A program made the position numbers and the translations under genes. From assembly GCA_963779415.1 (NCBI GenBank), contig CAVZYA010000001.1, positions 1,632,001 through 1,696,000 on the forward strand: a stretch of 64,000 nt of DNA, given 5' to 3'. The notes under the pieces were generated by a model that was not told the origin of the DNA, ran no database searches, and saw only the letters and a program-made list of their open reading frames with translations. Below are positions 28,200-37,508 of this stretch, piece after piece; the stretch's first letter is position 1; each line of letters starts with the position of its first letter. The stretch comes from an uncultured Acidobacteriota bacterium. Lineage in GTDB: Bacteria; Acidobacteriota; Thermoanaerobaculia; UBA5066.

Positions 28200-29752
28200 C
28201 TACGGACGGCAGACGACCAAATAAGGCCCGGCCGTCAGGAGAGTCTTTCCCCCGGCGATTTCATGCCACGTGATGCGGCAGTCGGCCTGGTCGGGCCGGA
28301 CGATCGGGCGCTCCAGGGCGTTGCTGGCGCGATTTACGCTCGACCAGTAGTCCGGAGGCCAGCCGGGAAGACCTCCCTCCAGGGCGATCGGGCTCCCCCG
28401 GCCGAGGCGCTCGTCCAGCGCCGTTCGGAGCCTCGCCAGCGAGACGTAGGACGGATCGCCGAGCTTGCAGTCGACAGCCGGGACCGATCCGTCGAAAAGG
28501 CCTCCGCAAAACGCGCCCAATACCGTCCGGTGAATGCGGCGAACGGAAGCTCGACCGAGGCGGAGAGTGGTTCTTCCTTTCATGTCTTCGGAGTTTTCGG
28601 CCTTCAGGAAGTCCCGCGGCGTGAGCGCGAGGTATTGGAGGCCATAGCTCGGGTAGTGAATCTGGTTCCACGCGATCGCGCCGATCAGGTATGCCATCCC
28701 CCCCACGCGCAAAAGCATCGACTGCCGGGAATACTGCAGGACGGCCTCGATGCCGCTCGCAAGAACGGCGACGACGAACGGGAACAGATAGAAGAGAAGC
28801 CTCTTGTCCGTCCAGTCGTAGAAGAACCCAAAGAAGATCCCGAGGCCCGCGAGCGGAGAGAGAACGGCGAGGCGGAAGTTCGAACCGCCGGGCGGCCGCC
28901 TTCCGGCGAAGCGAAGAAAGCCGACGGCATAAAGCGGCAGGAGCGCAAGACCGAGGAGGGCCGTCCCCGTCAGAAAATAGAATAAAATTGCCCGGCGCCC
29001 ATCCGAGGAGCGCTTCCACCCCGTGCCCCTGAACCTCGGGATGCCGTCGATACTGAAGCCAACGCAGCACCATCCAGGCGGCCACGACCGCCGAACCCGA
29101 TGCGGCGCCAATCCAGAGCGGTCGATGGCGGAGATCTCGTCGCCGAAAGATGAGGACGGCTATGGCGAAGCCGGCCGCCGCCGGAGCCGCCGCATAGTGA
29201 AAGAGAAACCCAAGACCCAGGACGAGCCCGAATGGAATGTACAGCCCGGGGCGGCGCTCGGCCCGGCAGAAGAGAAACGCGGCCAGAACGAGAAACGACG
29301 TTACCCAGACATCGGCGAGGACATATTTCGCCAGGTCCTGCGAATAGTCGTTCGCGTAGAAGACCCATGCCGCAATCGCCGCGACCGATGGAGGAAAGGC
29401 CTCACGCAGCAGCCTGTAGAGAACGAGAGCCGTCAGCCCGAGCACGACGAACGAAACGACGGGGAGCCACGAGAGAAGGTCCATCCGGACGAGGAGGGCG
29501 ATGACGAGAGGGAGGCCGGGCGGCCGGAAGCTCGGCCGGATCGGCGCTCCCGCCCAGTAGAGCCCGTTGTTGATCCAGTCGTACGAGTCCGGCGAGAGAT
29601 ACGGATAGCACCAGTTGAGATCGGCCACGTAGAGCGAGCGGGCGACAGGAACAGTCCCAGCCACGCCCGCCGCGAGGAGGAGAGACGGCAGGTACCTGTT
29701 GAGAGCGCGCTCGAACCCCGACGGCGGAATTCAGCCGATCCGGTTCAGACAC
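28200..29752 (-). CDS. GT-C fold membrane glycosyltransferase (PMT_2/ArnT-like), frameshifts near 29725 and 28985
   Basis: SPDSYDW and RPPGLP motifs followed by many TM helices; continues in the 28200..29111 frame (DKRLLFYLFPF). Confidence 0.65.
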
Positions 29753-29780
29753 GCAGGTACTGCCGAGACCGGACGATATC

Positions 29781-30125
29781 CTAGGGGTAGACAAAGAAGT
29801 ACGGATCGTAGATGAGCGTCCGGTTCCCCGGCGCGCTGTGGTAGGTCTTGTACTGCCCGTTCGTCATATCCTCCACGAGGATCGAGAACTCCACATCAGT
29901 GAACGTCGGGATTGCGATCCAGGCTCGCCCGTTGGTAGTTGCGGTCTGGATCCGAATCAGGTACTCGAACGTGCTCGGATCCGTCAGCCAGAACGCTCCC
30001 GTGGCATCCGTAATGGTCGTCCTGTTCAGAGTGGACACCGCACCGCCTGCATACTGATTCGTCCATTGGCTCGTGACCCGATATCGACCGCCTACCAAGC
30101 ACATGGTGTGCGCACCAGCCGTGCA
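29781..30125 (-). repeat. C-terminal domain repeat, copy 2 of 3
   Basis: Near-identical to the ends of the genes at 26994 and 32253. Confidence 0.92.
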
Positions 30126-32171
30126 CACGCTCGGACTCCCGCCACCCACCGCTTTCAATGCCGCGAGCGCGTCCACTTTGCCGCTGCCCCACGTCAGGTT
30201 CGGGACGGAGCCTGTGAACGAGTCGTGCCGCGCCGTCTGCTGCAGCGCCAAGAGAGCTTGTGCGGGCGTCAGCGAGTGGTTCGCCTGAAGCATCAGTGCC
30301 ACGACGCCAGCAACGTGGGGCGCGGCCATGCTCGTCCCCTGGTCGACGCGGTAGTACCCGCCGAGGACAATGTTCGGGCGGACGCCGCTGTCGTTCGGAT
30401 CCAGAGAGCTGCTGAGGGGCGCGACGATGAACATGCCCGGCGCTGCGATGTCGGGCTTTTGTCGGCCGTCGCGCGTTGGCCCGAGGGATGAAAAGCAGGC
30501 GATCTGGTTCACAAAGATGTCGGGAGTCGAGTAGCACCAGCTGGCCGGACTCTGCGTGGCGCCGTCGATGTCCGTCCAATGGGTTTTCGTACTGTATGCG
30601 GCCACTGCAATGAGTCCGTTCGCCGTGGCCGGAATGCCCACCGTCATCGAGGTGTCTCCCGCCAACCATCCGTGGGACGGATCCGATAGAGTGCTGAATT
30701 TCCCCCCGGAGTACACCCATGCGTCGATGCGGCTCGATCCGAAGGTGTAGAGTTCCCACACGGCTTTCGTGAAGTCGACGCCGGAAACGCCGTTGTTCGA
30801 CACCGACACGACGAACTGGGTCAAGCCTCCGCTCGAGAAGGTGCCGTCGATCTTGGCGTAACCGACCATCGTCCCGGAACAGGACATCGTCGTCTGGGGG
30901 GTCGCGTAACCAGTCGTCACCGGGCCGATGCCGTTGCAATAGGTCGTCGACCCGCCGGACGTCATCTTGCTCACGAGTCCGACCGAGACGCCGGGCGGCG
31001 CAACCAGGATGACGCCGAGGCTCGTCGCCGAGCTCGACGGAAGGATGTCCGTGGAGATCCCCGAAACGTAGTCGGTCCCCTGCGTCGTGTAACCGAGGTG
31101 AATCGGCCACGCGCCGTCGTTCCCGGCGCTGACGGAGAGGATCTTTCCGGGGCCGGTCAGGCCCTGGAGGGTCTGTTCGTATGCGCTTGAACCGTCGTGC
31201 GGACCTCCTTGGCTTCCGAGGCTCATGTTGATGGAGACTGGCCGCCCGAGCGCCGCCCCCTTCTGGAAAATGTAGTTGATACCGTCTGCAACATCCGCGC
31301 TGGCAAACGATCCGCTCGAGTCGGTGGTCCGGAGGCCCTTGACGAAGATGATGTTGGCGTTGGGGGCGATCCCGCGATACGTGCCTCCCGAGCGGCTGCC
31401 ATTCCCGGCTACCGTCCCGGACGTGTGGGTCCCGTGTCCGCCCCCTCCCGGGCCGTCGATCTCCTGGCAGAGCCCCGCGTCGATGTCGGCCTTCGTGTAC
31501 TCGTAGCCGTGGGTGAATCCCGAAGGCGGCTTCCCTTCGCGTGACATGTCCCAGAGATAGAGGATCCGGCTCTTTCCGCTTCCATCCTGGAAATCGGGAT
31601 GCGACCAGTCGATCCCGCTATCCAGTACGCCGACAATTACACCGGTCCCGTCATAGGGTTGGGCGAGCCCCGTCCCGGCCTGAACTTGGTCCGCCTTGAT
31701 CTCGGGTCGGCTGGCGTCGAGCGTGGGGTACTGCCAGCGGCTCCCCTCGATGAACCGGGTCTCCGCCCGGGCCGCCAGCGCGCGGACGGCAGAGAGCGGG
31801 ATCGCCCCGACGACGATGCCGGACGTGACGGTCGAGTGGCGCCCTCCCGCAGCCTCGATGGCCCGGAGGGTAGATTCCACGTCATCCGTCCGGACGAAGA
31901 CCTGTGCGAGCGGCTCCGCGAGTCCCTCCTGCTCCAGGGCGACCGGGAGCTCCTCCGGACGGACCTCCACCGCGAGCGGCTGCCTCTGGCTCCACCGCGC
32001 GCCGACCTGGTCGATGGCGATCCGAAGGAGCGGGTCGATCCTCTCGTCGCCGGGTGCGGGAGGCTGGCCGGACACGACGCTGGCCCCGGAGGCCTGGTTC
32101 TTTGCGTGCGGAGGCATAGAAAGAACCTGGGCAGGCAACGCAACGAGAATCGACAAGACGAAGAAGCGCAT
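29781..32171 (-). CDS. Secreted S8 subtilase with conserved C-terminal domain (copy 2)
   Basis: Catalytic triad VLDSG, HGTHTSG, GTSMAAPHVAG; SAGN oxyanion motif; signal peptide. Confidence 0.92.
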   Translation of the reverse strand: MRFFVLSILVALPAQVLSMPPHAKNQASGASVVSGQPPAPGDERIDPLLRIAIDQVGARWSQRQPLAVEVRPEELPVALEQEGLAEPLAQVFVRTDDVESTLRAIEAAGGRHSTVTSGIVVGAIPLSAVRALAARAETRFIEGSRWQYPTLDASRPEIKADQVQAGTGLAQPYDGTGVIVGVLDSGIDWSHPDFQDGSGKSRILYLWDMSREGKPPSGFTHGYEYTKADIDAGLCQEIDGPGGGGHGTHTSGTVAGNGSRSGGTYRGIAPNANIIFVKGLRTTDSSGSFASADVADGINYIFQKGAALGRPVSINMSLGSQGGPHDGSSAYEQTLQGLTGPGKILSVSAGNDGAWPIHLGYTTQGTDYVSGISTDILPSSSATSLGVILVAPPGVSVGLVSKMTSGGSTTYCNGIGPVTTGYATPQTTMSCSGTMVGYAKIDGTFSSGGLTQFVVSVSNNGVSGVDFTKAVWELYTFGSSRIDAWVYSGGKFSTLSDPSHGWLAGDTSMTVGIPATANGLIAVAAYSTKTHWTDIDGATQSPASWCYSTPDIFVNQIACFSSLGPTRDGRQKPDIAAPGMFIVAPLSSSLDPNDSGVRPNIVLGGYYRVDQGTSMAAPHVAGVVALMLQANHSLTPAQALLALQQTARHDSFTGSVPNLTWGSGKVDALAALKAVGGGSPSVCTAGAHTMCLVGGRYRVTSQWTNQYAGGAVSTLNRTTITDATGAFWLTDPSTFEYLIRIQTATTNGRAWIAIPTFTDVEFSILVEDMTNGQYKTYHSAPGNRTLIYDPYFFVYP

Positions 32172-32252
32172 TCCCCGTTGAAGGGATGCCGCAAGGCTGA
32201 ATCCCTCGACCCGGGGGCTGCTTGATCTTCGCGGGAAGGACACAACAATCTC

Positions 32253-32597
32253 CTACGGGTAAAGGAAGAAGACCGGATCGTAAATGAGGGCCCGGTTGCC
32301 CGGCAGGCTGTGATACGTCTTGGACTGTCCGTTAGTCAGATCCTCCACGAAAATCGAGAATTCCACATCCGTGAAAGTCGGAATGGCAATCCACGCGTGT
32401 CCGTTGGGGGTGGCGGTCTGTATCCGGATGAGGTACTCGAACGTGCTCGGGTCCGTCAGCCAGAAGGCTCCCGTGGCATCGGTAATCGTCGTTCTGTTCA
32501 GAGTGGAAACGACACCGCCGGCATACTGGTTCGTCCACTGGCTCGTGACCCGATATCGGCCGCCAATCAGGCACATCGTCGTTGAATTTTCGACGCA
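32253..32597 (-). repeat. C-terminal domain repeat, copy 3 of 3
   Basis: Same 114-aa domain. Confidence 0.92.
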
Positions 32598-33290
32598 GGT
32601 GGAAACGGTCATGCACGAGGAACCATTGCATTGGACTCTATTGCTGTAAGTCATCCAATCCGTGTAGCCCCAGTTCCCACCGCTGTAATTACTGAGTAGG
32701 AGTAGGGCCGAGTACGTCCCGGCCGGAATCGTCGAAGGGTAGAAAGCCACAGTCCCGGAATTGACGTTGTTGTACTGATACCCCGCGAGTAGAGGTGAAA
32801 GAACGACGGATGCGGAGAAATTCCAGGCAGAAATTACCTGTCCCCATACCGGAAAGTCTTGAGTAAGGATGATCTTGAGCTGGAGTGACCCTGTAGAGGA
32901 CGATCGATGGTTCTCGATGTGATCCACATGGAAAGAGCCCGAATTTCCGGTCCACTGAACCGTCGAGCCGCCGGTCAAGCAGATCGTGCACTGCAACTGA
33001 CTAAAAGGCTGGCGCAGAGATGGCGGCGACGCCTGCCCCTGGAGAAGCGCGTCAGAAGACGAGGCCGGATCCTGGGTCTCCGGCTGAAGTGGCGTGAGCC
33101 CGGAATGGAAATAGCGCGATTCCTGCGACTGAACCTGTTGAGCAGGAAGACCCTGGTTCGCCGGTCGTCCGTCGCCGAGGAGTAAACCGTCGTCTCCCGT
33201 AGATGCACCCCGCAACTCGACGGTCCATGGAACGACGACCAACACTAGGAGCGCCATGGAAAAAGTAAAAGGGCTGGAGGGCACTCGCAT
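32253..33290 (-). CDS. Secreted hypothetical protein, paralog of 26994..28064 (copy 3 of the domain)
   Basis: CTICLTGGSTVQWTGNSGSFHVDHIEN matches CTVCLEGAASVQWTGSLGSFHVDHISN; same C-terminal domain. Confidence 0.8.
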   Translation of the reverse strand: MRVPSSPFTFSMALLVLVVVPWTVELRGASTGDDGLLLGDGRPANQGLPAQQVQSQESRYFHSGLTPLQPETQDPASSSDALLQGQASPPSLRQPFSQLQCTICLTGGSTVQWTGNSGSFHVDHIENHRSSSTGSLQLKIILTQDFPVWGQVISAWNFSASVVLSPLLAGYQYNNVNSGTVAFYPSTIPAGTYSALLLLSNYSGGNWGYTDWMTYSNRVQCNGSSCMTVSTCVENSTTMCLIGGRYRVTSQWTNQYAGGVVSTLNRTTITDATGAFWLTDPSTFEYLIRIQTATPNGHAWIAIPTFTDVEFSIFVEDLTNGQSKTYHSLPGNRALIYDPVFFLYP

Positions 33291-33562
33291 CTAAAGCCCA
33301 CCGGAGGTGACGGACACCGCGTTAACTCTGTCGGCTCTCCTGGATTCGCCTCGAGACAGTCCGGGATCCTCCGCATCGGGTCGATCGTTCCCCGTGCGCT
33401 GCGAACGCAAGAAGCTGGCTTCGCATCCCATTCTAAGAGGCGATTCGCGGTTTCTTGATCGGGACTCTACGCCTCCAGCGATTGGCAGTTCAAGAAGAAT
33501 CCCCAAGTGATTCCCGTGGTTCCGGCACACCGTCGGCTAGGCGACCGAAAGCCGAAGGAATT

Positions 33563-34412
33563 CATGCGACCATTCGCGCGAATGAGACGGTTGAAAGCCT
33601 GCTTCGTCCCGCACTCGTCGTCCTCGGGCTGCGGCCGCCGCCGCCGCCCGACCCCGAGGCGCTGACGGAACTGACCGAGGAGAGCCTCGGGCGGCTGCTC
33701 CTCCGAAGGGACGGTGGACTCGGTCTCTTCCGCCTCGTCCACCTCCTCGATGCGATCCAGCAGCGGACCGGCCCCCCGGACGATCCTCTCCGTCGGAAGC
33801 GGGCTCGGGACGCAGGAGGCTTTCCTGGCGCTCCGCTATCCCGAGGCCGAGGTCGTCGGCGTCGACCTCCGAAAGCCGAAGTTCCTCGCCACCCTCCCGA
33901 ATCTCCGTCTGATACGCGGTGACCTTTTCGACCCCGAAGTCCGGCGATCTCTTCCCGAGGCCGATTTCGACTTACTCGATCGAGTGCCTCGAGCACATCG
34001 AGAACGACGATGCGGTCGTGGAGTCTGATGGCCTCGAGGCTCAAGCCGGGCGGACGTCTCTTCCTGCTGGTCCCGTTCGCCACGGAAGTCGATCTCGCCG
34101 ATCCGCGAGCTCTGCCGGCGCGAACTGGAGGAGAACGAGCACGTCCGGCCGGGCTACGGCGAAGCCGACGCCTCCGGGACCTTGCGACGCGCCACGGCCT
34201 CGACGGAGGAGGAGATCGCCTCCGCCTACCGCTTCCCGCTCCAGCCATTCGTCGCCGCCGGGGTCTCGACGATCCGACTCGACTTCCTTCTCCCGCGCTG
34301 GCGCGAGATCTTCGAGCTCGATCGCGACGGACGTCCGGGACGGGGCTCGTGTCGAGCCGGATGGAGGCGACGGGAATCCGACTCCTCGCGCGGCGTCCCG
34401 TTTCCAGCCTGA
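33563..34412 (+). CDS. Class I SAM-dependent methyltransferase, multiple frameshifts; boundaries approximate
   Basis: ILSVGSGLG..VVGVD, SIECLEHIEND, LKPGGRLFLLVP and EHVRPGY are spread over successive frames. Confidence 0.65.
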
Positions 34413-34428
34413 GACGCCGGCGAGATCG

Positions 34429-35226
34429 TCAGCCTTCTTTCCGGAAGACCGTTCGGATGACGCCCGGCGAGGCTCTCGAGGCGTCGATGAGCGTCGCGCG
34501 CGACCCCGACCGGGCGATCCAGAAGCGGATCTGGGGGAGGCTGATCGGCTTCAATCCCGTTGCGAGAATCGTGTCATAGCGACGGCGAGCCTCTGGCTTG
34601 ACCGGAGAGAACCTCGAACTCAGGAATCGGAGCGCCGTTTTTCGGAGGGGTCCGGGCGCCCACTCGAAAGACCTGAGCCCGGTGTGCAGCTCCGCGTGGT
34701 GATACCGCGTGGGGTACTCCAGAAAGAGATAGCCGCCGCTCTTGAGGACCCGGAGCAGCTCCCGAAGGTAGCCGCGGGGATCGGCCGTGTGCTCGATGAC
34801 GTGTCCGGAAAGGACCACGTCGAAGAAGCCGTCCGGATGCGGGATCATCGTTCCGTCGTAGAGGCGGCAGTCGAACCCCTCGAGCCCCGCGAGACGGCGT
34901 TTCGCCACCTCGACGAAGTACGAATCGACGTCGACCCCGTGCACCGCGCCGAAGCCGTACTCCCGCGCGATGATCATCTCGCCCCCCGCTTCCGTCCCCG
35001 AGACGAAGATGCGCCCCCCGGAATTGAAGACGCCTTCCGGGAGGATTCCGCGCAGGTAGACGAACCGCGAGCGCATCCCGTCGAGCGACATCGACGCTCC
35101 GACGGCGTCCTCGACGTTCCAGTACTGGAGCTCCCGGAAACGGCTGCGGAGAAGCTCCTCGGCCTCCCTCTGGGCCGACTCGTTCAGCCACGACTCGGCG
35201 CCCGGCGGCTGTGTGGCGGATGTCAT
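34429..35226 (-). CDS. Class I SAM-dependent methyltransferase
   Basis: HGVDVD, FFDVVLSGHVIEH, ELLRVLKSGG. Confidence 0.85.
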   Translation of the reverse strand: MTSATQPPGAESWLNESAQREAEELLRSRFRELQYWNVEDAVGASMSLDGMRSRFVYLRGILPEGVFNSGGRIFVSGTEAGGEMIIAREYGFGAVHGVDVDSYFVEVAKRRLAGLEGFDCRLYDGTMIPHPDGFFDVVLSGHVIEHTADPRGYLRELLRVLKSGGYLFLEYPTRYHHAELHTGLRSFEWAPGPLRKTALRFLSSRFSPVKPEARRRYDTILATGLKPISLPQIRFWIARSGSRATLIDASRASPGVIRTVFRKEG

Positions 35227-35269
35227 CGTGCGGTACCGTTCTCCACGATACCGCACGCTTCGAAGATTG

Positions 35270-36475
35270 CTAAGGCGCCTTCTCCAGATCCACAACGACG
35301 TCGACGGGCTGGCCGACCTTCGCTTGGACCTCGACCGTCTTCGTCTTGAACCCGGGGCGAGAGACCGTCACGGTCCGTTTCCCGGCGTCCACGATGACGC
35401 CCCGGCTCGAGTTGTTCAGGTCCTCGCCGACGCCGACGAGCTGGTCGTCGACGTAGATCGCCGCGTCCTCCGGCGTCACGCTGAACCGGAGACGCGCACG
35501 GTCGCGGCTGGCGGTGACGCTATGGCTCCGCGGACGCGGCATCTGGTTGCCCGTCTCTTCGGCTCCCAACCAGTCCTCGTCCCCGCTGGCGACGCTCTCC
35601 GAATAGGGCTTGCCGTCCGCTCCGAAGTAGCGGCCGTACGGCGTTCCCTTCGACTCGGGCGGGAAGAAGTCGAGCGCGTTCTTTCCCTTCTCGATCGTCA
35701 GCTTCTTGTCCAGCGTGACGAACTGGCCCGAGTTGATGTTGAGGTCGACCGGGAGCGGCAGATAGTTCACGAGGCGGAGCTCGATCTTGTAGCTCCCCGG
35801 TTTGAGGTAGAGGAAGTCCGGGTAGCCGTCGAAGTCGTCGGCGGTGCCGATGTAGGTGCCGTCGAGCCACAGCTCGGTTTCCTGCGGCTGCACCTCGGTC
35901 TTCACGATTCCCCATGAGCCGCGCGGGGCGGCCGCCCAGTTGTCTTCGATCCCGACGGAGACGCTCGGCCACCAGCCCCATCCCCAGCCCCACCACGGTC
36001 CGCCCCACCACCAGCCGGACCAGACGCTCCACGGATACCAACCCCAGCCGTAGCCGCCGTAGTAGTGATGCCAGCCGTGGCCGTACTGCGGGTAGTGGGA
36101 GTAGTGGTAAGTCATGTGGGAGCCGCCGTGATAGCCGCCGCGATAGCCGCCGCGATAGGCCGTGCTGATCCGGGCTCCGCCAGGGTAAGCGTGGGAAGAT
36201 CCTCCAGGTCCGCGATAGGAACCGCTGTATCCCGACCCGCCGCGTGCGCCTGAGTAGCCCCCGCCCCCATGGGACCCTCCGCCGCCGCCATGGAAGCCAC
36301 CACCGCCGCCTCCCCCATGGGATCCACCGCCGCCTCCGCCCCCATGGGATCCTCCTCCGCCGCCGCGTTGAGCGAGCGCCGGCATCGCGAGGAAAGGTCC
36401 GAAAACCAGGAACGCGGCCGCAGCAAGGGTGATTCCCTTTAGTGGTCCGGTGCGATTGATTTCTCTCCTGACCAT
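35270..36475 (-). CDS. PEGA-domain secreted protein with Gly/His/Tyr/Trp-rich low-complexity region
   Basis: Signal peptide ..ALAQRGGGG; PEGA motifs VQPQETELWLDGTYIG and VTPEDAAIYVDD. Confidence 0.8.
   Translation of the reverse strand: MVRREINRTGPLKGITLAAAAFLVFGPFLAMPALAQRGGGGGSHGGGGGGGSHGGGGGGGFHGGGGGSHGGGGYSGARGGSGYSGSYRGPGGSSHAYPGGARISTAYRGGYRGGYHGGSHMTYHYSHYPQYGHGWHHYYGGYGWGWYPWSVWSGWWWGGPWWGWGWGWWPSVSVGIEDNWAAAPRGSWGIVKTEVQPQETELWLDGTYIGTADDFDGYPDFLYLKPGSYKIELRLVNYLPLPVDLNINSGQFVTLDKKLTIEKGKNALDFFPPESKGTPYGRYFGADGKPYSESVASGDEDWLGAEETGNQMPRPRSHSVTASRDRARLRFSVTPEDAAIYVDDQLVGVGEDLNNSSRGVIVDAGKRTVTVSRPGFKTKTVEVQAKVGQPVDVVVDLEKAP
36121..36365 (-). repeat. Coding tandem repeats (GGGGSHGG; YRGG)
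   Basis: Recurrent ccgccgcc/cccatggga units and 12-bp gatagccgccgc units. Confidence 0.8.
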
Positions 36476-36536
36476 GGCGAACCCCCTCGGCCGGCACCCC
36501 CCCTCCCCAAAAGGGGACGGAATCATGCCGTCCGTA

Positions 36537-37508
36537 TCATGAATGCAATCCATCTGCCCGGGCAGGAGAATGCGGAACCGCTTCCGCATGAGGGCTTGCG
36601 AGAGCCTCCCGAAGCCCGTCCAAGTAATCCCAGCGGAACAATTTGTCGTAAACGACGCCCGGCAGAGGCACGCCAAGCGGGTCCAGCAGCCTGACGAAAT
36701 TTTCCGCGAGCGCGAGAAAAGCCGGACGTGTCGCCTCGAGAGATCGCGCTCCTGACACCCCGAGAGGAGAGGCGAGGTCAGGGCGACGCGTGAGGAGCCG
36801 GGCCGCGGCCTTTCCAGAAGCTCTCTGCCGCCCCCGGAAGCTTTCGACCGTCGTCGGGTGATCGTGGAGCGCCCGGGCCTCCGGCCGGTAGACCAGCCGG
36901 AGCGGCGGCTGCTTCGCCGCCGCCCGGAGCGCGAATTCCACGTCCTCCCACGCGGCGCCGCCGAACGTCTCGTCGAACCCTCCGAGCCGGAGAAAGGCGT
37001 CCCGGGGCAGGGAGACGTTCGAGGCGTAGAAGAACCAGGGGGGGACGTTTTCCGGGTCGTGAATCAGGCCGTAGCCGAACTGGAGCCCCTTCTCTTCGAG
37101 GTGGCGGAGCATCGGGGTCACGCGGATCCGCGACGGATCCCACTCCGTCCGGCCGAGGACGGCCCGTGGCTGGCCCGGCTTCCCGCGATGGGCGGCTTCA
37201 TGCGCGGCCAGGAACCGTGGCTCCGGCACGATGTCGTCGCCGAGGAAGACGAGGATCTCTCCCACGGCTTCCCGCGCTCCCGCGTTCCGGGCCCTTGCCG
37301 GACCGCCCCGCCCGGGAGAGAGAGCCCGGAGGCGCCCCTCCTTCTCATGCGCGGCCAGACGCTCGCCCGTGCCGTCGGTCGACCCGTCGTCCACGACGAC
37401 GATCTCGACGCCCCCTTCGACTTCGCGCCGCTGCGCCTCGAGCGCGTCCAGCGTCCTTTCGAGGCGCTCTCTTCTGTCGAACGTCGGGATGACGACCGAA
37501 AGCCTCAA
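36537..37508 (-). CDS. Glycosyltransferase family 2
   Basis: LSVVIPTFDR, VVVDDGSTDGT, ARNAG, FLGDD, GGFDETF..WEDVE. Confidence 0.88.
   Translation of the reverse strand: MRLSVVIPTFDRRERLERTLDALEAQRREVEGGVEIVVVDDGSTDGTGERLAAHEKEGRLRALSPGRGGPARARNAGAREAVGEILVFLGDDIVPEPRFLAAHEAAHRGKPGQPRAVLGRTEWDPSRIRVTPMLRHLEEKGLQFGYGLIHDPENVPPWFFYASNVSLPRDAFLRLGGFDETFGGAAWEDVEFALRAAAKQPPLRLVYRPEARALHDHPTTVESFRGRQRASGKAAARLLTRRPDLASPLGVSGARSLEATRPAFLALAENFVRLLDPLGVPLPGVVYDKLFRWDYLDGLREALASPHAEAVPHSPARADGLHS
36544..36559 (-). promoter_or_regulatory. Candidate sigma-54 promoter for the PEGA gene
   Basis: Minus strand GGGCAGATGGATTGCA (GG-N10-GC), ~70 bp upstream of ATG 36475. Confidence 0.5.

Noticed and set aside
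26994-32597. Three-copy repeat as a diversity-generating retroelement (TR/VR) or CRISPR-like array
   Set aside because: All copies are coding gene ends, differences appear mostly synonymous and not adenine-specific, and there is no reverse transcriptase or cas gene in the window
36121-36365. Short tandem repeats as a CRISPR array or non-coding VNTR
   Set aside because: In-frame Gly-rich coding repeats with no unique spacers
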